Assembly (NCBI GenBank): GCA_965112735.1
Contig: OZ218957.1
Location: forward strand, 2,232,001-2,296,000
Length of the DNA stretch: 64,000 bases
From: Phaeosaccion multiseriatum
Lineage: Eukaryota > Protista > Ochrophyta, other classes
Reading direction: 5' to 3'
Shown here: positions 41,601-55,129 of the stretch, piece by piece
Position numbering within the stretch: position 1 is the first letter of the stretch
How the letters are laid out: every line of letters starts with the position of its first letter
Notes under the pieces: model-generated
Told to the model about the DNA's origin: nothing
The model's database searches: none
The model's input: the letters and a program-made list of their open reading frames with translations, nothing else
Made by a program: the position numbers and the translations under genes

Positions 41601-43423
41601 AGCGCAAGGCCGCACTAAAGCAAAGGGTGTTGGCCAAGAAGGCTAAGAAGAGAGAGGCCAGGGAGGGCAGCAGAGGGCCTGGGCAGGGCGCTCAGGGCAA
41701 GAAGGAGCAGGGGCCTAGTCTGTTGCAGGTGCGTGCGTGCGTGCGTGCGTGCGTTGCGCATCTATGTCCGTGTCTTGTCGATCCACTGCGTTGTGCCCTA
41801 CTATGCACTGCCGTCCACTACCATGCACCTCCATCCACTGCCATCTACTACCATGCATCTCCATCCACTGCCATCCACTACCATGCACCTCCATCCACTG
41901 CCATCCACTGCCGCTGTGTCCTCGCTTGGCCATTCGGGTTCTGTGGAGTACCCTTTGCTTCCAAAGAAAAATAAGGAACCATTGCTTTCGCTTTGCTGTC
42001 GTTTTGCTGTCATTTCCTTTTACAGAAAATGCTCTCCAGTCGGAAGAAGGGGGAGAGCGCCGCTGCAGAGCTGCGTGAAGAGGAGGAGAGGAAGGAGAGG
42101 AAGAGGAAGGACGACGCGGCCAGGAAGATGGTAAGCTAGTGTCTGGTTGGCTGACTGGCTGGCTGGCTGGCTGGGTGGCTGGGTGGCTGGCTTGCTGGCT
42201 GGCTGGCTGGCTGGCTGGGTGGGTGGATTGGGTGGGTGGGTGGGTGGGTGGGTGGTGCGCTCTTACCCCGCCGCTTGCTTCCTCTGCTTCACTCTCTCAT
42301 TCACTTCACTGCTGTGCTTCACTTTCGCCTCACTGCTGCTTCCATGCTCTGCCTCACTGATGCCTCACGGCTGCTTCACTGCTGCTTCAGTCGCGCCTGC
42401 CGGACGTTCAGTCTTTGGAGTGGATGAGCCTTGCACACGAGCAGCACTTCAAGCTGCAGCTGGGCAAGGCCCTCGACAGGGCCAAGCTAGAACAAGTCAG
42501 TAAGGAAGAAAGGAGGAAAGGAAGGAAGGAAGGAAGGAAGGAAGGAAGGAAGGAAGGAAAGGAAGGAAGGAAGAAAGGAAGGAAGGAAGGAAGGAAGGAA
42601 GGAAGGAAGGAAGGAAGGAAGGAAGGAAGGAAGGAAGGAAGGAAGGAAGGAAGGAAGGAAGGAAGGAAGGAAGGAAGGAAGGAAGGAAGGAAGGAAGGAA
42701 GTGGATGAGTAGATAGATTGGTGGGGCGGGGTAGGGTGGGAGGCTTACTGACTTAGAACAGAGCACCCGCTTCCCCCCGTGGAGGGAAGCCGATCTTCTC
42801 GCCGCATCAGGCCTGGAAGGGAGGGCCCTACCCACCCCCCCCCTCCCGCCCTCCTTTCCCATCTGCTGCCACCCTACCCCTTCCTACTCACTACCCTCCA
42901 CCATTCACCCCATTCTTTCGTTCTGTCCCATGCCCTGCCCCATCTACTGCCATCTCCATCTCCCATCTACCATCCGCTGCCATCCCCTGTAATAGCTGCT
43001 GCTGCTGTACAACTCCGCCCAGTGCGATGTAACGAAATGCTCTTACAAGCCGGCGTCGGACAAGCCGATGCAGAATTTGCGCTTGCTGAAAGGGGACGCC
43101 CTTGTGGTCGAGGACGATACAGCAGTTGGTAATACAGCAACTGGGAGCACAGGAGGTCCGGCAGCGGCAATGACCGAGGAGCAGCTCGCTGCCGCGGTGC
43201 GATCTAGAGCAATGGCGGCTGCGAAAGCAAAGGCGGCAAAGGCGCTTGCAAAAGCGAAACAACTGGAGGAGGCAGAGAGGGAAAGGCGGGCAAGGAATAA
43301 GGCCGGAGCAGCAGGAGGAGCGGCTACTTCCAGGGGCAAGGGCGGGGCGGTGAGCAGAAAAGAGGTGAGTGGGTGGGAGGTGTGTGAGAAAGAAAGAGGC
43401 AAAGTGGGGAAGGGAGCGAGGGT

Positions 43424-43454
<31 letters not shown>

Positions 43455-46400
43455 GGAGAGCCCGAAAGCAATATAGGGCTGGGGAGGGCAGAGGGAGAGT
43501 GGAGCAATGAGCGTGGAAGGGGCCCCTGCTTGCCTGCCAAGAAGGCGCTAATTTTCTTGACTTAAGGAGCCCCTGCTTGCCTGCCATCGACTCTTATCTT
43601 GTCCGACCATTCCATAACCCCACAATCTTCACTGTGTGTGTGTGTGTGTGTGCGTGTGTGCGTGTGTGTGTGTGTGCGTGTGTGCGTGTGTGCGTGTGTG
43701 TGTGTGTGTGGGTGGGTGGGTGTGTGGGTGTGTGTGTGTGTGTGTGTGCGTGTGTGCGTGTGTGCGTGTGTGTGTGTGTGTGTGCGCGCGCGTTTGTGTG
43801 TGTGCGTGTGTTTGTGCGCGTGTGTGCGCGTGTGCGCGTGTGTGTGTGTGCCTGTGCATGTGCATGTGGTCCGGCGGTGCGGCTGTAAGCAGAAGGATGG
43901 ACACACGGAACCACCCTCGCCGGACGCCCTCGTCTTGCAAGCATGGCACAGGGAGAGAGAGAGAGCAGACAGGGCTGCTGTTGGTGATACATCATCATCA
44001 ACAAATGGCAGCAGGCCCAGCGCTGCCTTCCATCGTAGCAAGGAGGGGGGAGGGAGCCAAGGCCGAGGAGGGAGCGCGCAAAGGGGCGGGGGGGGCAAGA
44101 ACGAGAAGGAGGGGGACAAGACGAAGGAGAAGGAGGAGGATGATAAGGAGGAAGAGGAGGAGGAGAACGAGGGTTTCCAAGTCGAGCAGCAGGTCATGCG
44201 AGGGCGGGCCGCGGAGATAAGAGCCCTTCTAGATCAGGTGTGAAGTGTGTGCCCGTGTGTGCGCGTGCGTGTGTGCGTGTGTGCGTGTGTGCGTGTGTGC
44301 GTGTGTGCGTGTGTGCGTGTGGGTGGGTGTAGGCGTGTGCTTGCTTGTGTGGTGAGTGTGTGTCTTGACAATACACAATGCGCTGATTGTCATCTTCCCG
44401 CCTCTCCTTTCCTCTTCTCTCCCAAACCCCCCCCCTCCCTTTGTGCTCCTTCAACTACATCACTCTGACGAACGGACGGACAGGTGCCCGCCGAAGGGCA
44501 AATGATGATCAGGTAACGGTTACAGTAACTGTCATAGTAACACGTCAAGGAAGAAACAGAGGCTCTGTGAGGGGCTGAAGTCCATGCTCGTGGCCAAGAG
44601 GAGGGGAGCTTCCGTTGATTGTGTCCATGCTGCTTCAGCTCCAAAGGAACACCTTTGCACGCCTGCTGTCCCGGTCACCTCCCTCACCTCCCTCACCTCC
44701 CTCACCTCCCTCGCCACCCCCTCTCCTCCTTCGCCCTACTGAACCCCCCCTCCATCGTCCCTCTCACCCCCCTCACGTTACTCCGTCCTCTCTCCCTTCC
44801 CCTGCCTCACCTTCCTACCTTCTCTCTCCCCTCTCTCCCCTCCCCTGCCTCACCTTCCTACCTTCTCTCTCCCCTCTCTCCCCTCCCCTCCCTCACTTTC
44901 CTACCTTCTCTCCCCTCTCTCCCCTCTCTCCCCTCCCCTTCCTCACCTTCCTATCTTCTCTCTCCCCTCCCCTCCGCTCCACTCCCCTCCCCTCCCTCCC
45001 TTGCCACCGCTGCTGCTGCTCAGCTACCGGCCGTGTGCGATGCCCAACACTACACCCAAACTTACCTCATCCTCCCCGGGGGGGGGGGGGGCAGGGAAGA
45101 AAGCAGGCGGCAACGGCTCCAGAGCGGGAGCAGCCAGGGGGAGGGCAATGCCAGCCGCGGAGGCAGCCTCAGCAGCCTCAGCAGCAGCAGCGGCGGCGGT
45201 GGCGATAGAAGCAGAGGTCGCCACGGCAGCATCGTTAGGCGGGGCGGGGAGAAGGGGAGCGGGTACAGCAGTTGGTGATACAGCATCACCAGCAGTTGGT
45301 GATACAGCAGCAGCAAGAGCAGCCGCCAATGCAAATGCGAATACGCTGTCCTCCGCGTCCCCAGCCTTCCTCCTGGGTGGACTTGGGGAGGTGGGCATGG
45401 GGAGCACGCTGTCATTAATGGCCACATTGGACACTTCGCTTCAGCGGGTCGGACTCGCCGTGGCCCTGGCCAAGAGAACGGAGCTGTCAATGGGACACAT
45501 GCGTGCTCTGCTGCACTGCCTCAAGGAGGTAAGTTCCTTGGTTGGTTGGTTGGTTGGTTGGTTGCTGGCTGGGTAGGTGGGTTGGTTGGTTGGTTGGGTA
45601 GTCGTTGGATGTTAGGTTGGTGGGTGGGTGCGTGGGTTGGTTGGTTCGTTGATGCGTTTGTTGGTTGGTGGGCTGGTGGTAGCTCGGGTGAAGGGTCAGG
45701 ACTGCTTGCTTCCTTGTCAGCGCCCCCCACACCGCCGCTCAGGCTTGAGAGAGCCTGCTTCACGCCGCCTCCTCCTACTCCTCCTCCTCGTCCTCCCCAC
45801 GTATTTCTGCCCAAATTAAGGTGTGCACCCCAGGGGAGCTCGAACACGTCCTGCTGTGCTTCCTTCCCCACTTCCGCTCGGCGGTGACGCGAGGGGGGAT
45901 CAGAGCCATTGAGGGGTTGAGCCTCGAGGATGACCACAGCAGCAGCAGTAGCAGCAGCAACGGCGGACCGGCTCAGGAGGAGGAGGAGGAAAATATGTGT
46001 GAGAAGGGAAAGCGCAAGGACGAGCCAGAGGAGCGGGCCAGTGAGCGAGAGGAGCGAGGTGGGCGACGAGTGAGGAGGCAGGAGGAGAAGGAGGAGAAAC
46101 TAGTGGTGAGGCAGCAGGTGCGGGCGCTGGCGTTGATGGGCGGCTCAACGGAGCACTGCTTGCGGCGCTTGGGTATCGGGGAGAGAGGAATTGACGAGGT
46201 GGGGAGGCCCAACTACGCTCAGCTCGAGGGAGCGCTGCACTCGGCTGCCTACTTCAACCCCTTCAACCCCACGGGAAGGTGAGTGTGTGTGTGTGCGCGC
46301 GCGTGTTTGTGTGTGAAACTGGAACTGAAACTGGAACCGAAACTGAAAGTGAAACTGAAACTGAAACTGAACCACCCACCCCACCACCCCCACCATCAGG

Positions 46401-46582
46401 TACCATCTCAACCTCCGCCACCCGCACGACCGAAACGTGTTCCGCTCTCTGCTGGTGCTTGACCGAGTCAACAGAGCGCACTTGGCCGTCTCGGGGCAGC
46501 TCGACCCTTCGCAGTTCGGGAATAAACATTTTCTTAGAAACTTTCGCATCGGAGGAGGAGGAGGAGGAGGAGGAGGAGGGGG

Positions 46583-46617
<35 letters not shown>

Positions 46618-49600
46618 GAGGAGGAGGAGGAGGAGGAGGAGGAGAAGGAGGAGCAGGAGGAGGAGGAGGAGGAGGAGGAGGAGGAGCAGGAGCAGGAGGA
46701 GGAGGACAGCTTTCCGGTGGCGGTGACGGAAGCCGCGTAATCCGCTTCCAGGTAGGGCATCCTCAAGTTCAGTTATCGTTCGAACTGCCTGCCTTCTTCG
46801 ATAAGCCTACTTGCTTCCATAGACTGCCATCGATTGCTGTCTGCCTGCCGGGGAGGGGGAGAGGAGGCCAGGGAAGGGGAGGGGAGGGGAGAAGGGAACA
46901 GACAGAGCTGCTCTTTGCTTGTGGTGTGTCCTTTGAAGCAGGTACCTCAGCCAGGATCAATGAAAGCTGTGTGCGTGTGTGCGTGTGTGTGCGTGTGTTT
47001 TTTGTGTGTGCGTGTGTGTGCGTGTGTGCGTGTGTGTGTGTGCGCGCGCCCGCGTTCGTGTGTGTTAAAGGTCGTGGGTGTGGTTGGGTGTGGTTGGGGG
47101 TTTCTTGGATGCCCAAGCAAAAGTAGGGGAGTGTGGGGTGCGTGTCCTCCGGTCAGCCCAGCCGCGGGTAGGGGGGTATATAGCCATACCCTCGTACCAG
47201 AGGCGGTACGTGTGCTCCATCACATCCTTTCCTATGGCTATCCACCCACATCTCACATCCTTCCCCTTCTGCCTCCTCCTCCCCACCTCCCTCCCTCCCT
47301 CCCTCCCTCCCTCCCTCCCTCGCTCCCTCCCTTCCTTCCTTCCTTCCTTCCTTCCTTCCTTCCTTCCTTCCTTCCTTCCTTCCTTCCTTCCTTCCTTCCT
47401 CCCTCCCTCCCTCCCTCCCTCCCTCCCTCCCTCCCTCCCTCCCTTCCGTCCTTCCTCTTCTCTGTGGCATCCGATGTGATCTCTTCCCCCCCGCCCCTTC
47501 CCCGGGGTGATCACCTGTACGCCTCTATCGTGTATTCCAAGTATCTCACTATCCGTCGTAAGGCCAAGGTGAAGAGCAAGAGGAGACTTGTCGCGAAGAG
47601 GAAGAGGCCCAAAGGAGGAGGAGGAAAGGGGGGAGGAGGAAGAGGGAGAGGAGGAGCAGAAAGAGGAATAGGAAAGGCACGAGAGGGAGCAGCAGCGAAA
47701 AGCAGCACAACCAAAGGAGGAGTTGCTGCAATTGAACGAGAAGACAAGAGCACGACCAACAAGAAGAACACAAAATCACCTGCAGGGCTTGGGCATCCCA
47801 TGCTACCCAACACCACCACCTACCCCACCCTCCCTGCCTGCTGCTGCCTTAGCTTCGACTTTGTACACATTGTCAGGTGAGTGTGATGAGAGACTTACTC
47901 AAAAGTAAAAGGGAAGAGACAGGAGGGAGGGAGGGGGGAAGGATCACCACCCCCCTCTCCATGTACCTACATGCCTTTATCATCTACCTCACATGCCTTT
48001 AGATATCGCCTTTACCATCTACCATTATACCATTATCGATCTATTGCCCGACCCATATGCCTCCAGACCATCCACCTATCTATCCATCTATCTGTCTGTC
48101 TGTCCATCCTCTACCTACCTACCTACCTACCTACCTACCCATCTATCTATCTGTCAATCTATCTATCTGACAATCAATCAATCTATCCATCCATCTGTCC
48201 ATCCGTTCATCCATCCACCCATCCACCATGCATGCCTTCACCATCTATCCATCTCCACTTTCAGCCCCCATCTATCTTACCGATCAAATGCTCTGCCCGT
48301 ATCCCCCCACTATCTGCCTGTCTGTCTGTCCATCTGTCCACCCATCCACCCATATGCCTCTACTATATGTACCTGTGGCAGCCCTCCTCCGACGGCGGCG
48401 GTGGTGTGCGAGTCCGTCTTGACAAAGCTCGTGCGCTTCTTCGAGGGGCCGCTGTACGGTGAGGAGAGAGGAGAGAGGAGAGAGGAGAGAGGAGAGAGGA
48501 GAGAGGAGAGAGGAGAGAGGAGAGAGGAGAGAGGAGAGAGGAGAGAGGAGAGAGGAGAGAGGAGAGAGGAGAGAGGAGATAAAGAGAAGGATAGAGCAAG
48601 AGAGACAGAGGGAGAGTAGAGAGAGTAGAGAAAGATGGAGGGAGGAGAGAGGGGGGGGGTGTGAGGAGGGGGGCGGGGGAGGGAGAAAGAGGAAAGAGGG
48701 GAGAGAAGAGAGAGAGGGAGGGAGGGGGAGAGTAAGGGGGGCGGAGGAAGGAGAAAGAGGAGAGAGAAGAGAGAGAGGGAGGGAGGGAGGGGGAGAGTGA
48801 GGGGGGGCGAAGGAAGGAGAAAGAGGAGAGAAAGATAGAGAGGGAGGGAGGAGGAGAGTGAGGGGGGGAGAGGGGCTTGTGTGGGGAGGTGGATTGGAGC
48901 AGGGGCAGGACATGCCAACAGTGAGAAGAGCAATGGGAAGGGCAAAAAGAAGCGCTGTCAGCCTTGTGTGTGTGTGTGTGTGTATACGGTCACCTGTGTC
49001 GACCTTCTCGACCTGACTCCATCTTTCCCTCTCTATCTCCTTCCCCCCCCCCCTTCCCTCCCTCCCTCCCTCCCTCCCTCTCGCCCTTCCCTCCTTCCTT
49101 CCTCCCTTCCTGCCATCATTCCTCCCTCCCTCCCTTCCTTCCTTCCTTCCTTCCTTCCTTCCTTCCATCCTTCCTTCCTTCCTTCCCTCCTTCCCTCCTT
49201 CCCTCCCTCCCTCCCTCTCTCCCTCTCTCCCTCTCTCCAACTCCTTCTCACTGTTCTTCTTTTTCTTCTTATTCTTCTCCTCCTCCTCCTCCTCCCCCCC
49301 CCCCCCTCCTCCTCCTTTTCCTTCTCCATCGGCTTCTCTGTACAGCGCTTCCCATCACTGTGCGCATCAACATCTTGCGTGGCTTAAGCAGCACTCTCTA
49401 CCTCTCTGCCATGCAAATCCGAAGGCTCATGCTCTGCTTCACACGGCCCAAGTCCGAGCAGGAGCAGCCGTTGGTGATACAGCAGCAGCACCAGCCGCCA
49501 CGGGGGAGGTGGGGTGAGGGTAAAAGGGAGGGATGGGGTCAGGGTGAGGATACGGAGGAGGACGACAGGGAGAAGGAGAATGAGGAGGAGGAGGAGGAGG

Positions 49601-51101
49601 AGGAGGAGGTGGTGGAGGAGGAGGAGGAGGAGGAGGAGGAGGAGGAGGAGGAGGAGGAAGAGGTGAAGGAGGAGGTGAAGGAGGAGCAGAAGGAGGAGGT
49701 GGAGGAGGTGGAGGAGCAGCAGCAGGAGGAGGAGGAGGAGGAGGAGGAGGAGGAGGAGGAGGAGGAGAAGGAGAAGGAGGAGGAGAAGGAGGAGGAAGAG
49801 GAGAAGAACAAGAAGACGCGACGAGGGGATGACAAGCAGCAGACGGGTCAAGCGAACGAGGCCCAGAGGCTCCAAGAGGAGGAGGAAAGGCGGCAGCTGC
49901 AGCAGTTGGTGATACAGCAGCAGGTGGAGGAGGAGGAAAGGCTTAGTGAGAGACGCCGAGCCTACGCTCGTTGGGAGAGAGAGCGCGACGAGGGCGCGTG
50001 CGTGGAGGTGCTAGCGTGTCTGCGATCACGATGCGTAGACGAGGTGCGTGGGTGTGTGCGTGGGTGTGTGCGTGGGTGTGTGCGTGTGCGTGTGCGTGGG
50101 CGTGGGCGTGGGCGTGGGCGTGGGCGTGGGCGTGGGCGTGGGTGTGGTGGGGTGGAAGGTGGATAGACATGCGACAAGGCAACGCCACACACACGCATGC
50201 AGGGACACACAGCAGCCGCGCCCTCCCTCTTTCTCCCTCTTATATTACCCCTATGCCTCTAATGTCTCTCCTCACAGACCAATCTAGACGTGTGCCTAGG
50301 GCTGCTGAGCGATGCGGGTATCCTTGAGGCAGAGGCTCGCCTCGGAAAACTCAGCCTCTTCAATCCACCCGTGCCCGACGGAGATTACAAGCTCAATCTC
50401 AGGCAAGACAAGACCCCCCCCCCGCCTCCTCTTCCTCCTCCTCCTCCTCCTCCTCCTCTTCCTCCTCCTTCTCCTCCTCCTCCTCCTCCTCCTCCTCCTC
50501 CTCCTCCTCCTCCTCCTCCTCCTCCTTCTCCTCCTCCTCCTCCTCCTCCTCCTCCTCCTCCTCCTCCTCCTCCTCCTCCTCCTCCTCCTTCTCCTTCTCC
50601 TCCTCCTCCTCCTCCTCCTCCTCCTTCTCCTCCTCCTCCTCTTCCTCCTCCTCCTCCTCCTCCTCCTCCTCCTCTACCACCTGTGACTCTTGGAGTTTAA
50701 GTTTTAGTTGTCCGTGCAACACTCGGTCTCGCCCGCTTGATTGGCACTCGCTCGCCAGCAGATGCCTATTCTGCTGCCACCCCGGTCTCCTTGAGTTGAA
50801 ACTCAAATCTCCAACCCGAACTCACCCTCTCGTGTGTACCCATCGCCTCATGGACCAAGCTCCCCCCTCCCCACCCCCTATTAAGTCAATAAAACTCCCC
50901 CCCCAACCCCCTCCCCTCCCGACCCACACCCACTCAACAGACGCTTTGAGGATCGTCAGATATGCGTGTTGGTGATCGCTCTGGGCCTCAACGACCCCCT
51001 GTGCGTGCTGCGAGGCATGACGCTCGACGGAGTGCCCGTCGAGGGGGGCGTGCAAGCATGGGCGAAGGATGTGCCTACGAGTGGAAAGTGAGTGGGGTGG
51101 G

Positions 51102-51137
<36 letters not shown>

Positions 51138-54100
51138 TGGGTGGAGTGGGATGGGTGGATGGCAGTGGATGGGTGGTATTTGATGAACATGGCTTACACC
51201 CCACTCTCTCTCTCTCTGTGTGTGTGCGATTCGCCATGTATGTGTGTTGGTTGTACGGCTTGGGTCCTTGCTTGTTGGGAGCAACAGATTCCGAACTCGT
51301 CTCATGACGGTTCATCCCAGCTACTTCTACCCGGAGGAGGAGGAGGAGGAGGAGGAGGAGGAGGAGGAAGAAGAGGAGGAGGGGGAGGAAGAAGAAGAGG
51401 AGGAGGAGGAAGAGAAGAAAGAGGAGGAGCACGTAGAGCGAGAGGGAGAAGAGCAAGGAGGAGGACCCGTGGGCGTTGCCGGAGAGGAAAGATGCACAGA
51501 TGGCGAGAGTGGAGGTGGCACCCGCGATGATACAGGAGGAGTAGCAGCACCAGCACCAGCACCAGTGATAGGGGAACAGGAAGCAGCGGGGCAGGGGGGA
51601 CAAGAGAAAAGAGACGCAATGGATAGGGGGGCATGTGGAGGACACGAAGGTGACTTAGGGAAGGGGAGGGGGTTAGAAGCATACGGGGAGGCGGCAGGCA
51701 GGACAGCCGTAGAGGGAGGAGTGGACGGCGATGAGGAGGAGGAGGAGGGGGAGGAGGGGGAGGAGGAAGAGGAGGAAGAGGAGGAGGAGGAGCCAGTCGA
51801 GTTCTTCGTAAGTCAACAGGTGTGTAGGTGGGACAATCAGTCTGGGCATGACCAATTCCCTCCGTACTATTCTCGACTTGCTTTACTTGCCTGTAGCGTT
51901 AGTGCAGTAAGTGAGTGAGTGACAATCTGCCTGACTGACTGACGGACTTACTGAACTCAGTGAGTGATTGGCTGACTCACTGGCGGACTGCCTGCTTGAC
52001 TGACTGACTGACGGACTGACTGAACCACCTGACTGACTGACTGACTGACTGAGTATTTCACCTTCTCTCTCCTCCCCTCCCCTTCCCTCCCACTCAAAAG
52101 GTTCGGCAGCAACTCGCCACCCTCTACCTCGGCTGGAGTGAGCGAGCGGAGCAAGAGGAGCAAGAGGAGGGCGAGGAGGGCGAAGGGGGGGAGGACGTCG
52201 ATGAAGATGAGGCGCAGCGAACCGGCGGTAAGGAAGGGCCCAACAAGCTTGCAGGCTTTCATTCCTAATAGAAGCATTGCTCCTTTGAGCTTTAGCTGCG
52301 CGTGCACTCCTTCTCTTCCCTTCTTTCCTCCCCCCCTTTCACTCCCTCCCCTCCCCTCCCCTCGCTCCCTTCCCTCCTCCCTTCCCTTCACTCCCTCCCT
52401 TCCCTCCCCTCCCCTCCCTCCCCTTCCCCCTTCCTTCCCTCCATGTCTGTCCATCCCGTTTACCCCCATCCACTGCCATCCCCGTGCCTCTCTGTAGTCT
52501 TGGGCCACCCTTGTCCGGTGGTGCGCAAAACTGCCGTCACCCGCCGAGACGCCAAATATCTCGCCTATCAGAAGTCGCTCCGAGAAGAGGAGGAGAGGCA
52601 GGAGGAAGAGCGGAGGCGGCAACAGCGTGAGCGGGAGGAGGGGGAGGGGGAGGGGGAGGAGGACAAGGCCACTCGATCTGTCTCTGTACATTCTCGGCAG
52701 CAGCACCAGTTGGTGAAACAGCAGGAGCTTAAGAGCGAGGCCAGGGAAACGACAATGCCCATGTACGCCATTTGTGAGGTTCAGCAAGGGAGTGCCCTGT
52801 CTCACCATGAAGCACGATTGTAATCCCCCCTCCCTCACATCCTCCCATCCTTCCTTCTTCCCTCCCTCGCTCCCTTCCTCCCCTCCGTCCCTCCCTCCCT
52901 TCCTCCCTCCCTTCCTCCCTTCCTCATTCCCTCCCCCCCGCCCACGCATTGTCCCCCCCCCCTCCTCTCTGTGTGTTCGAATTCTACAGGGGCCCTGCCG
53001 TGGCTGCCCCTTCGGCGAGTGTCCCAGGGGGTACATGGGCAGAGCACGCTCGGACAGCTGCCAAGAGGGGAGGAGGAGGAGGAGGAGGAGGAGGAGGAGG
53101 AGGAGGAGGAGGAGGAGGAGGAGGAGGAGGAGAAGAAGAGAGACTTCAACAGCTCACCATTCCCGCTGCTGCGATTGCAGCTCCTAGGAAGGGACAGGGT
53201 GAGGGTCAGGGTCAGGGTAAGGGTCAGGGTAAAGGCAAAGGTCAGGGTGGGGGTCCGGATCATCTTAGTCAGAGACGCCACTCCTCCATCGACCGGCCCA
53301 TCGCCATGTCTTCGGCGAGGATGAGCCTGTCAGAAGATCCGTCGACGGCCTCTATCGATTGTGTGCCGGTGAGTGGCGGAGGGGAGGGAGGGAGGGGAGG
53401 GAGGGGAGGGAGGGGAGGGAGGGGAAGGAGGGGAGGGAGGGGACGGAGGGAGAGAGAGGGAGGGAGGGAAGGCCTCGACTGCTGTGGTTCTCTTGCTCGT
53501 TTGCTTGCGTATCGCACCCGTTTGGTACCCTATGCACATTGCATCATCGCTGCTCCTCTTTTGCTGACGTATACGCACCCACCTCAGCCCTTGTGTGTTG
53601 GTAATCATTACACGCACACACCCACGCACCCACACACCACCACCTCACCCACCCTTTTCTTGTTGCCTTATACCATCTCGCACCACCTCACTACCGCGCC
53701 CTCCGCAGTACGAGAGGCCTCGAAGACGCAGCTCAGCGCTGGCGTCTCGCTACCGCCGCCTCTCCACAAGCAGCCAGACCACTGAGGCGTCACAGCAGAG
53801 CATGCCCCTACTGCTTGTACCCGGCCTGCTGACGGAGGAAAGGCACGGCGAAGGAGGAGAGGGGGGCGAGGTGGTGTCCGCGTCGAGTCACTTGGGCATT
53901 GGAGGAACGCCGATACCGGAAGACGGGGCGACGACGACGATGATGAGTACGAAGGCGTCGACTCGGAATGCCCCCCCCCACAGTCCTCCTCCTCGTGACA
54001 AGCGGCGGGAGAGCGCGAGGAGGAGCAGCGCAGCGCCGAGCGGCAAGAGGCGGGCCACCGTCGCCGGCAGCCTCACAGGTGGCGTAAGAGCGCCAACAGC

Positions 54101-54362
54101 GACAGGTCGAGGTACAGGAGGAGGAGGACAAGGGCCGCCTCGCACCTCGGAGACGGCGGCTGCCGCCACCTCCACCAGCCCGATGCCCCGGGGGGTGCTG
54201 AGGAGGGCTTCGGTGCCGGCGTTACGTCTCCGTCGCCGCCGCTCCTCGGGACTGCAGAGGGAGCGGTGGCTACGGGAGGGGGAGAAGGTTCGGCAGTTGG
54301 TGAGAAAGAAGGAGCAACAGCAGTTGGCAGGGGGGCAGGACGAGGACAAGCAGCAGCAGTGA
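34949..54362 (+). CDS. Very large multi-exon protein with RNI-like leucine-rich repeats (LRRC74/NLRC3-type LRRs); exon structure approximate
   Basis: ARRNYLLRC...[79 protein letters not shown], later [19 protein letters not shown] and [14 protein letters not shown]. Many GT-AG introns, all on +. Could be more than one gene. Confidence 0.65.
39236..39585 (+). repeat. Intronic 10-bp minisatellite (ATTGCTTGAC / ATTGCTCTAC / ATTGCCCGAC variants), ~35 units
   Basis: 10-bp period visible directly, ending just before the acceptor at ~39596. Confidence 0.9.
39713..39936 (+). repeat. (GAGT)n intronic tetranucleotide array, ~56 units
   Basis: Perfect array following the donor G|GTGAGT at ~39645. Confidence 0.95.
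48461..48577 (+). repeat. (GAGAGGA)n heptamer array in an intron
   Basis: About 16 perfect units directly after a GT donor. Confidence 0.9.
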
Positions 54363-54674
54363 AGGAGTGAAGCAGGTCGCAGAGAAGAAGCGGCAGATCG
54401 GTGGTACTATGCCAGCAGCAGAGCGTCGAGGGAGAGGACGAGAGCCCAGCGGAGGAAAGGAGGGAGAGCCAAGGAGCCATAGCTAACCCAGCAACACGGC
54501 CGCAAGGGTCAAGTGGTAAACTACGGATGGGGTGATTCGCTCGGCATACACCCGCACTTTGAAACACAAGCAATGGAGGCAGCGGATCTGACACAATGGG
54601 TCGAGTGAGGCGAAGCGAGACAGACAGCAGCAACACTTGGAAGATGCTTTAAAATAACACAGGTACTGCAATTA

Positions 54675-55078
54675 CGGGGTTGAAGGGCCCCTTGAAGCCG
54701 ATGGCCGATTTGAGTAAACCCTGAATGGATTCTGAAAGGGGTTTGGCCATACTTTGAACTACCTTTGAAAGCCTTTGAGCAACTTTGAGCCTGGTTGGAG
54801 GCAACTCTGAACCGAGATTGAAGCGCCCCCCAGGACCTTTCAACCCCCACTTTCATTTCACCCCAAGTTTGACCACCTTTGCGCCGCCAGAGCATAGACG
54901 CCACCAGCAGAGCCTTAGCCTTCAGCAGCCCCCCTTCGCCACGCCGTCACCCACAGCATGCGCTCAAAAGTCTGCTCAAAGGCCTTCGAAAGTGGTGAAA
55001 GTATGGTCAAACCCCTTTCAAAATCCATTCAGGGTTTACTCAAATCGGCCATCGGCTTCAAGGGGCCCTTCAACCCCG
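54675..55078. mobile_element. MITE (~404 bp) with ~115-bp TIRs and TA target duplication, Tc1/mariner-like
   Basis: CGGGGTTGAAGGGCCCCTTGAAGCCGATGGCCGATTTGAGTAAACCCTGAATGGATT... is the reverse complement of the right end; TA lies on both sides; no coding capacity. Confidence 0.85.
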
Positions 55079-55129
55079 TAATTCCATTTCTGGACAGAAA
55101 GATGCTGAACAAGAGACATGTCTGCGTCG

